Of a stretch of 64,000 nt of DNA, positions 54,194 to 64,000 are shown in pieces (the first letter of the stretch is position 1; every line of letters begins with the position of its first letter). Source of the stretch: Octopus vulgaris (taxonomy: Eukaryota). The notes below the pieces were generated by a model. That model was given only the letters and a program-made list of their open reading frames with translations, was not told the origin of the DNA and did no database searches. The DNA lies in NCBI GenBank assembly GCA_951406725.2, contig OX597835.1, positions 38,750,001-38,814,000 of the forward strand, in the 5' to 3' direction. A program made the translations under genes and the position numbers.

Positions 54194-54194
<1 letters not shown>
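53808..54194 (+). mobile_element. Non-autonomous Helitron-like element
   Basis: 3' hairpin CCCGAGCAACGCCGGG followed by CTAG|T, a 5' TATATATAAAAG..TGTGTGTCTGTC start, and an internal ~100-bp tandem duplication. Confidence 0.75.
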
Positions 54195-54247
<53 letters not shown>

Positions 54248-54339
54248 GTGTGTGTATGTGTGAGAGAGTGTGTGTGTGTGTGTGTTTGGATTTACGTAAT
54301 CGTCAATAAGGGACTAGTGGAAGAAAATGATATGAAGAT

Positions 54340-54645
54340 GCTCGATTCTAACCAATGACGTAAACTTCTGAGGCACAAGTTCGGGCAAGGTTGGTTACAG
54401 AAGACCAACAGTCGCTCATGCATACAAGGCTCCCCTCTTAATGCCACCGATGTTATCCAAGAGAAAGGCAAAGGCTGATACAGTTTGGCACCAGTGACGT
54501 CGCAACTCAATTCTGCAGCTGAGTGAACTGGAGCAATGTGAAATGAAGTGTCTTGCTCAAGGACACAACACATAACCCGGTCGGGGATTCGAACTGACAA
54601 CCTAGTAATTGTGAGCCTGAGGTTCTAACCACTGAGTCATGCACC
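54340..54645 (-). mobile_element. tRNA SINE (same family as 17195-17742)
   Basis: GAGGCACAAGTTCGGGCAAGGTTG...GGCACCAGTGACGTCGCAACTC...GATTCGAAC...CTAACCACTGAG. Confidence 0.8.
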
Positions 54646-54682
54646 ACTGAACTGAGCGTACATTGAGTGTCAGTATATAATG

Positions 54683-55036
54683 GCGTTTTAGTCGAGCAAA
54701 TCGACCCCAGGACTTATTCTTTGTCAGCCTAGTACTTATTGTATCGGGCTATTTTGCCGAACCGCTAAGTTACCGGGACGTAAACACCACCTTCGGTTGT
54801 CAAGCGATGTTAGGGGGGGGGGAGGGACAAGCACAGACACAAACATATACACACACATACATACATATACATATATACTACGGGCTTTCTTCAGTTTCCG
54901 TCTACCAAATCCACTCTCAAGGCTTTGGTCAGCCCGAAGCTATTGTACAAGACATTTGCCCAAGGTGCCACGCAGTGGGACTGATCCCGGAACCATGTGG
55001 TTGGTAAGCAAGCAACTTACCACACAGCCACTCCTA
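54683..55036 (-). mobile_element. CORE-like SINE, 3'-truncated
   Basis: Reverse complement of about 29675-30020. Confidence 0.85.
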
Positions 55037-55524
55037 CACTTAGCATTTATTAATAACCTAACCATTTTTTATTTTATTTCAAATTGTAGATTTTATGTCA
55101 TTCTATTTATTATCTATTTTCTTGAATGCAGAGTAGCAGGTCTTTCGAGAGATACTTTTGTCGACTAATAATGATGTCACATGGAATATCAACGCGAAGT
55201 GCGTATTCTTGGAGAAGTTCACTACCGATACATACATTCATACATACATACATACATACATACATACATACGTACGTACGTACATACATACATACATACA
55301 TACATTCATACATACATACATACATACATACATACATACATACATACATACATACATACATACATACATGCATTCATACATACATACGTACATACATACG
55401 TACATACATACATACATGCATCCATACATACATACATCCATACACACACACACACACATATATATACATGTGTATGTATGTAGGTTTGTATGCATGTAAA
55501 TATGTACGCATGTATGTGTATGTA

Positions 55525-55592
<68 letters not shown>

Positions 55593-55763
55593 GTGTGTGT
55601 GTGTGTGTGTGTGGTTGTGTATATGGAAGCCTTTTTGTAGGTATGTATTCTTTAAGAGTTATTCGCTGGTATCTAACAAAGTGGTAAGACATCCTGAATT
55701 AAGACTGTCCCTGTGGTTTCTGAATATCTGGCTGAATAAATATTTGCACAGACGCGCACGCAC

Positions 55764-55845
<82 letters not shown>

Positions 55846-55989
55846 ACGTATGTATGTATGTATGTATGTATGTATGTATGTATGTATGTATGTATGTATC
55901 TGACTGCATGTCTGTTGATGTGCCTATCTCTCTGTATCTGGATATATATATATATATATATAATATATAGGTTGTTTGGTATGTGTATG

Positions 55990-56050
<61 letters not shown>

Positions 56051-56310
56051 ATGCACGTATACAAGTATGGTTGGATGCGTGTATGTATCTGTGTAATTCT
56101 CTAGATATGTAAATACGCATGTGAATATTTCTGCCCTGCTGTGTTTGTGTGTGTGTGTGTATTTGTGTGTCTGTGTGTATGTGTCTGCATGTATGCGTGT
56201 GTATTTTTCTTGTGCGTCTTCTAGAAGGACAATGATTCCTATTATATGGTTATAGGAAGCGCAGGTTTATCCAGCTGTTTCGTTCATTTCTTTTTAGGTG
56301 GTTGAGGCGC

Positions 56311-56365
<55 letters not shown>

Positions 56366-56646
56366 CGAATAAGAAGCAGTGTAATTTTTATAGTAGCTGT
56401 GTTTGGTTTTAAAGCTTTAGTCGTTGTTGTTGTTGTTTAGACTAAGCTGGTCGCCATTTTCTCTATCATTTACGTCGCCATTATTTCCCCCAAATTCCAT
56501 TGGCGATTTTATTGCAATCGTCTCCCCCCTGCTCCTCCTTTTCTTTTGAAATTTTAAACAAAATTGAGAGTTTTTGTCTGTCTATTTCATATCAGATACT
56601 CCCTCCGTTATATTTGGGCGATATTGTAAATATACATGTACAATGA

Positions 56647-56808
56647 GCAGTGGAGTGGCTGTGTGGTAAGTAGCTTGCTTCCCAAGCACATGGTTCCCGG
56701 TTCAGTCCCACTGCGTAGCACCATGGGCAAGTGTCTTCTACTATAGCCCCGGGCCGATCAAAGTCTTGTAAGTGGATTTGGTAGACGGAAACTGAAAGAC
56801 CTTCGTCG

Positions 56809-56810
<2 letters not shown>
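56647..56810 (+). mobile_element. CORE-like SINE 5' half
   Basis: GGAGTGGCTGTGTGGTAAGTAGCTTGC...GACGGAAACTGAAAGA. Confidence 0.85.
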
Positions 56811-56880
<70 letters not shown>

Positions 56881-57551
56881 ATATATTAAATTAGAGATAA
56901 AACCACTATTAGGCAAATCAAACAGTGAAAAACATAAGCCAATACATAAAATTAATTTAAAAATATAAAAGTTAAAAATTTAAAAAATATTAAAATAATG
57001 TAAACTTATAAATTTTAAATATATATATACAAATATGTATATATATATATGTATATGTATATGTATATGTGTGTATGTGTGTGTGTGCGTGCGTGGGTGT
57101 ATGTGTGTATGTGTGTGTCTGTATGGGTCGTAGTACCTTGCTTACCAATCCTATGGTTCGTGGGGCCGACCAAAGTCTTTTGAGTGGATTTGGTATATAT
57201 ATATATATATATAATCGACCTGTTCACTGACAATTATACTTGAATTGATAAAAGGTGGGGTTTTTTCTAATTTTTATATATATATATTATATTGTGTAAA
57301 ATTTGATTTAGTATTTCTGAATTGAATTTTTTTCTTTGAAATTCTTGATTTTATTCTACATTTAAAAATACAAAATGGGGCAAGAATACGAAACATCCGG
57401 ACAGTTAGGTGATACAAAAATGGGACAACAAAATATCCAGATAGACGATACAAAGAAAACGGGTCATTCCAAATCTTCTAGCCAGCTCCAAGGAAAAACT
57501 AAGCGAAGAATATCAGATTCCTTAGAAGAAAGCAGCGAATGAAAAAAATAC

Positions 57552-57831
57552 ACCTGGCTCATAAGGGCCGGTTTCCCGCTTTCCTTGGCGTATAGGTTCC
57601 CCACCTGGACGGGACGCCGATCCGTCGCAGGTGAGCTGCAAGATGCAGGAGGAAAGAGTGAGAGAAAGTTGTGGCGAAAGAGTCAGCAGAAGTTCGCCAT
57701 TACCTTCTGCCGGAGCCGCGTGGAGCTTAGGTGTTTCGCTCATAAACACACACACCGCCCGGTCTGAGATTCGAACCCGCGATCCCTCAACCACGAGTCC
57801 GCTGCTCTAACCACTAGACCATGGGCCTACA
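57552..57831 (-). mobile_element. Meta-like tRNA SINE (copy of 3498-3800)
   Basis: Collinear reverse-complement similarity. Confidence 0.8.
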
Positions 57832-57999
57832 CGTTGTTTTTTTTTGCCTTTGATTTATATACATATATATATAAGATACCTGGGTGTTCGTCAGCTGAAA
57901 AACGTCAGCAGAAGGGCACCTAGGTGTTATGACCTGGATTCGCCCTTTTGATTCCTGTTTTACTCGGGTGGTCCCCCTTATCCATTCGATGTTTTAAAA

Positions 58000-58228
58000 A
58001 TCCTATTGTATTTCTATAATTAAACATTATTTGGACTTGTATAAAACTTGTCAATTCATGTTGTGTATTGTGGTGGTATAACCAAGGTATTGCTCATAAA
58101 TATTACTGGTCTGAAGCTAAATTTTTTCATGGCCCCTAAAAAGTTACCGCGGTGCCCAATTTATTATATTGCATCCATGGACCCCCCCCCGCCCCCGGTT
58201 CCATATAGACTCCGGTTGAGAAACCCTT
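58000..58228. mobile_element. Possible hAT-type MITE right end
   Basis: ATGGACCCCC...CCGGTTGAGAAACCCT resembles a hAT terminus. The left end was not found. Confidence 0.35.
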
Positions 58229-58866
58229 AGTTAGACAGGCACAGACAAACAGGCATATACAAACATAGACAGATAGATAGACAGTCTGTCATAGAAGCCA
58301 GTCCTTCAATCAAGTATACCTTGTGTCTGAAGTAAGCAAACGAGCCAATGCAGGGACGTGTTTGGTCGTTCGACCTACCAGAAATAGCAGCCAAATGTCC
58401 GTCACATTACACCTTACCGGTTTGAAAAAGGAAGAAAATTGTATAATGTACGCTTGACATGCAATAGCCGCGGGGGTGGAGAAGGAAATTAGCGAGATGG
58501 TCATGAGTGGAAAGCTTCTATATTTCATTACATTTGCCATAAAGGCAGTACATAGAGTATAGTAGCTTTGCTGGCTGGACAAGGACATTAATGAAATGAG
58601 TGATAATGAAAGAAAGATGATAAGGATGGGAGAAGACAAAAAGCGCCCGCCGACTTCTGCTTCTCTAGAGTGGAAAGCTTCTAATTAGACGAACTCTTTG
58701 GCCAGTGATGACCTAAGCAACAACAACAACAACAACAACAACAGCAAAAATTGCAAGCAGGTTCACAAAGGACTGAATGTGGAGTTGACCTATTTTAAAT
58801 TACATTTCAATATCATTTAAAATACATTTTAAATTAAGAGAGTCACTTCATTTACCCCGATCGTGG

Positions 58867-59152
58867 TTAAGTTAAGTTAATAGTTAAGTTAATTTTTTGG
58901 CTCAAAAAGCAAAAGCAAGGCCATGTAGGGGGAAAAGGAGTTATGTACAGGGAAGGTGTTCATGCAAAGAGTTCAGGCCATTTTGGTCAAGAGAGACTTT
59001 GAACCGAGCGGTCGTCGGCATCTTCACTATCTCGTCCGGCAGCTTATTCCACGGATCCGCAACTCGGACGGAGAAAGCTCCTCTCCTTCGATTGAGATGA
59101 AATCATCGCATATAGAGCTTTTCGGAGTGACCCCGCAGCCAACGCTCTGGAG
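58867..59152 (-). mobile_element. CR1-clade LINE 3' end with a (TTAAC)n tail
   Basis: Minus strand: LRGHSEKLY...RRGAFSVRVADPWNKLPDEIVKMPTTARFKVSLD. Confidence 0.85.
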
Positions 59153-60390
59153 GTGGCGGAGGCGGCGGCGGAGGTGGTGGTGGTGGTGGTAGTTTGTGGT
59201 GGTGGTAGTTGCAATGATGTTAATGGTATTTTGTGACTCGGACGATGATAAAAATTGATGTTAAAGACTTTCTTGTGCCTCTTCTGCTGCCGTTGTTGGT
59301 CGTGAGGGGATATTCAGGAATAAAAAAAAATACAGTAAAATAAAAAATACATCAAAAAAGAAAATGAACTGTGCTGACGTCCTTTTGTTCGACTCCAACG
59401 TAGAGCAGGTGGAAAAGGATAATGGTCGTGGTGGTGGTAGTAGTGGTGATGGTAGCAGGGATTCTAGTGGTGGAGGTAGTGATGGTGGTGGTGGTAGTGG
59501 TGGTGGTGGTGGTGGTGGCGATGGCAGTGGCGTCGGTGATGGGGGCAGCGGTTTTGTGGGGTACGTGGTGCTGAGGTAGCGAGATGGTGGCAGAGATTGT
59601 GATGGTGGTGGTGGTGGTGGTGGTGGTTTGGATAGTGGTGGAGGTATTGGCAATTCATAATGGTGTCGAATGTGCAGAAATAAGCGGCGGCGATGGTGGC
59701 GATTGAGACGGTAGGAAATGTGATGACGGCTGAAGAAACAGCAATGGCCGCTACTGTTGTTGCTGTTGTTGTGGCGGTGATGGTGGTAGTGATGGTGATG
59801 GGGTTGGACTGGAGGTAACTGTGGATGAGATGAAGCTAATGGGTATGATGGCAATGGTAGTAGCTTGGGGTTGTTTTTGTAGTTACGTTGGGGGTAGTGG
59901 TAGTGATGGCGATGGTGGTGGTTGTGGTGGTGGTGGTGTTGGTGTTGGTGGTGGTGTTGTGTGGTGATGGTGGTGGTGGTGGTGATGGTGGTGGTGGTGG
60001 TGTTGGTGTTGTTGTTTTTGTGTTGTTGGTGGTGGTGGTGGTGGTGGTGATGGTGGTGGTGGTGGTAGTGGTTGTGGTGGTGGTGGTGGTGGTTGTGGTG
60101 GTGGTGGTGGTGGTGGTGGATGTGACGGGAATTGTGCTGATGATGACTATGATGATGAGGATGATGATGATGGTGCCGGTGTTTTGTAATGGCGTTGAAA
60201 GCGTCGGAGAAACGGTGTTCGAAAATATGGCACCCTATCATCTCCTGACCAGAACTACCCATAATTCATCTACAGTATGTCCTAAGTGTCTTATTAATAA
60301 ACCCTGCCCCACACACACTATCACCACCCCTACCCTAACCACCACCACCATCACCACCAACACTAACACCGCCACCGTCACCACTACTGC
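59150..60390. repeat. Degenerate GGT/GAT trinucleotide region
   Basis: Seen directly in the sequence. Confidence 0.85.
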
Positions 60391-60469
60391 TTCCTACACG
60401 TCATTCGATAAAGCGTTCTTGAATCTCTTCTCTTAGCACAAAGGGGGAAACACAAGACGGAACAGTTCT

Positions 60470-60635
60470 CGGTGTGGTTGTGTGGTAAGGAGCTTCCCGT
60501 CCAGCCTTGTGGTATTGGGTTCTGGGTTCAGCCCCACTGAGCGGCAGCTTTGCAAAGTGTCTTGCACTGTAGTCCCCGGCCAACCAAAGCCTTGTGAGAC
60601 GATTTGGGAGACGAGAATTGAAAGAAGCCGAACTT
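60470..60635 (+). mobile_element. Old CORE-like SINE 5' half
   Basis: GTGGTTGTGTGGTAAGGAGC...GGTTCAGCCCCACTG...AAAGCCTTGTGAG. Confidence 0.65.
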
Positions 60636-60677
<42 letters not shown>

Positions 60678-61248
60678 AAAGTTTAAAAAATACAAACTGG
60701 GACAAGAACGTGAAACATTAGAAGACGACACCAAAAACACGGACGGGATATTCGAAGCCTTCAATCTTCAATCAAGAACCGGATCATCCTAGCAATTTCG
60801 GCTGATTAATCTATATAAATGAAAAATGCATTAAATACTACAAAACATACACGTAGGACAGACGCTAACTAAACCCTATAACTTCATCAGTTATCGATAG
60901 GAAAATGCTAATACCTAGTTTCGTGCTTTTAACGGTACGACTAGGAACTTCGTATATCGGCGGCACCCGCTAGATTTGCAGAGTGTTAGGGCACCAGCAA
61001 GCAAAATAATACAAGGTGGACGTACGATCGTAAACAACGGTAATTTGAAACGATAGACGAAGACAATAAATAAATAAATAAATAGATATATAAATAAGTA
61101 AATGAATATAGCCTTGGGGGCCAAACACACACAGACATTTATCTTTATTAATATTTAGCAGAAATAACACAGTAAGTCAAGATCTAAGAGTTACGTGCAT
61201 TGGCATTGTGTTTCCGTGTATGTACATATATATATACATACATATACC

Positions 61249-61279
<31 letters not shown>

Positions 61280-61337
61280 GTATGCATGTATGTGAATGTA
61301 TGTATGCATATATATGTATATATATATATTATATTGT

Positions 61338-61548
61338 GACCCCCTTCGGTCAGACACTGACCATGGGCTTGCACCTAGAGAGTTACCCTCTGAGGCACAA
61401 GTCTGGGCAAGGTTGTTTTTATGGAAGGCCAGCAGTCGCCCATGCATACCAGCCTTCCCTCTCCACGCCACCAATGTTATCCAAGGGAAAGACAAAGGTC
61501 GATACAGCTTGGCACCAGTGACGTCGCAACTCATTTCTACAGCTGAGT
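61338..61548 (-). mobile_element. 3' part of the tRNA SINE family seen at 17195-17742
   Basis: GACCCCCTTCGGTCA...CCATGCATACCAGCC...GGCACCAGTGACGTCGCAACTC. Confidence 0.8.
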
Positions 61549-62177
61549 TATATATATATATATATAAAACACATATATATGCATGTGTATGTTGTATGTA
61601 TGCATTTATATATGTATGTATGTATGTGTGTGTGCGCGCATCTTGTATTTGTGCTTGCCCTCCGACACAGCCTGACAACCGGAGTTAGTTTGTTTATTTT
61701 CCCGTAACTTTAGTGGTTCGGTAAAAGAAGAAAAATAGAAACAAAAAAAAAACAGAAAGGAACCCTTCAAGGCCGTGCCCCAGCATGGCCACTGTACAGT
61801 TCAACGGCAGAAGCAATTAAAAAGGATCGTGAAAGATCTGCTTATCAGAACCGACTCAAAGCCAAGTAAGAACAACAACCACAACAACAATAACACGCTT
61901 AGTAGGCACAGCAGGTCTTGTGTATATCACAATTACACCACCACCACCACCACCACTACCACCACCACCACAACCACCACCGACGCCACCACCACTACAG
62001 TAGTCAGCTGTCTATCGGCTCCCAAACTCTTCCATTTTGTCAGCAGCCCTCAGCACGTCTCCTGTATATCTTCATTACAACTCTACAGTGTCAGAGTTAG
62101 AGAAGAGGTTAACACTGATGTCGAGTTATTGTCAGCAATATATATTATTACCGCTGTTTTGTTGCTGTTGTTGTTGA

Positions 62178-62232
<55 letters not shown>

Positions 62233-62339
62233 GATGCATTTGAAATGCAAGCAAATCTGGAACACAGCAACTAATCTGCGCACTACTGAACACAATGCAC
62301 CTGCGACCCTGTGTATACACATACATGCATATAAATACA

Positions 62340-62404
<65 letters not shown>

Positions 62405-62734
62405 GCGTTTATGCATCTGTATGTTTCTATGTGTGTATATATACACATGTACACGCATATATATATATATATGTATGCATTTTTATACACATGTTTATGC
62501 ATACGGACATATACATGCCTGTATGTATACATTTGTTCCTTTATGTGCCATGCTGTGTTGTGTGTGTGTGTGTGTGTGTGTGTGGGTGTGTGTGTGTGTG
62601 TGTGTGTTTTCGTGTACATTGATTTCACTGCTTCAAAGATGAATGAAACCCAATTAGGGCGAAAAAGCGATTCCCTCGTTTGTTAGAGCTGTTTGTTCTC
62701 TATAAGGGTTACAACCCCAAATTTGTTTAGAGGC

Positions 62735-62828
<94 letters not shown>

Positions 62829-62949
62829 ATACACATATATACATATATACATATATATATTTATATATATTTACACACGTATATACATACATATATATAT
62901 ATGTATATGTATATATTTATATATACATACATAAATACATAAGACAGAC

Positions 62950-63058
<109 letters not shown>

Positions 63059-63322
63059 CGCATGTATGTACATGTACGTATATATATATATATATATGTA
63101 GTTATGTATTTGAATGCTTATATTGAATTTATATATACATAGATACACAATTAAGCTAACACACATGTTTATGTAATGTTTGTCCATCTTAGTGTCTCTA
63201 CCTATGTATGTAAACATGCATGTATATATATATCTTATACATGTATATATATATGTCTGTATGTCCACACATTTTTTCTACTGAATCCGCTCCTTCGTCA
63301 ACTCACCAATTCCCTATATATG

Positions 63323-63380
<58 letters not shown>

Positions 63381-64000
63381 TGTGTGTATATATATGTACG
63401 CCATATCTCGGAGGGGACGCAAGCTAGCTAATGGAGCAATAGACACATTTTTATTCACGTATTTACTGCATGGAGCTTTGCAAATAAAATCTAACTAAAT
63501 ATGATTATATAATGTGATAACAACATTCGACTGTGCCGGATATTTTTTTTCTTCTATTTCTTTCAGGCAATTACAGGAAAGGACTCTTGATGTGTTTTCG
63601 TTTCGCTATAAGATCATCAGCAACGTAAAACCTTTTCCGTGTTTGGGAGAAATAATGATGAGAATATCATTAATTTGATATACGTTCGTTGTTGGAGGAA
63701 GCAGAAGTTTTTAGAAATTAATTAAGAGACGACAACCGAATCAAAGATAAGTTAAAGTCAAGTTGATATATGTAATGGAGGAAAACATGAAAGGCATGAA
63801 CTGCTACAGATATTTATAACTGGATTAGACGTGAGGATACATGTTATAGAACTGGATTGAAATCCAGATGGATTGAGCTATATATCTTTTTTAATGATTT
63901 TGTCCCTAACAAGGCTTGAAGCCTCCGTAGAGTAAGGGACTACAAATAAAGAAAAGAAGAGGCGTAGAAATTCAAAACGTCATTTGATAGAAGTTTAAAG

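Noticed and set aside
57879-57925. Small hairpin with CTGACGA (minus strand) and GAAAAACGTC (plus strand)
   Set aside because: The hammerhead boxes are on opposite strands and cannot form a ribozyme as written.

Overview
This is eukaryotic, AT-rich, extremely microsatellite-dense DNA with no recognisable host protein-coding exon. It is most likely intronic or intergenic. The SINE repertoire and repeat load resemble a cephalopod (Octopus-like) genome, which is an inference. Almost all listed ORFs are translations of simple repeats. The real content is a transposon graveyard: several tRNA-headed SINE families, fragments of RTE, CR1 and R4/Dong-type LINEs, a decayed Penelope-like element (RT plus GIY-YIG), Tc1, mariner and hAT derivatives, MITEs and a non-autonomous Helitron. 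The most notable observations are: (1) a nearly full-length 5S rRNA copy fused to the 3' half of a SINE (40325-40612); (2) many minimal hammerhead-ribozyme-like motifs in Penelope-type terminal remnants, several inside long fold-back palindromes; (3) retroelements each tied to one microsatellite type (RTE with (TATG)n, Dong with (TAA)n); (4) tandemly multimerised Nin-type SINE bodies. All calls were made by eye, so boundaries are approximate to a few bases.
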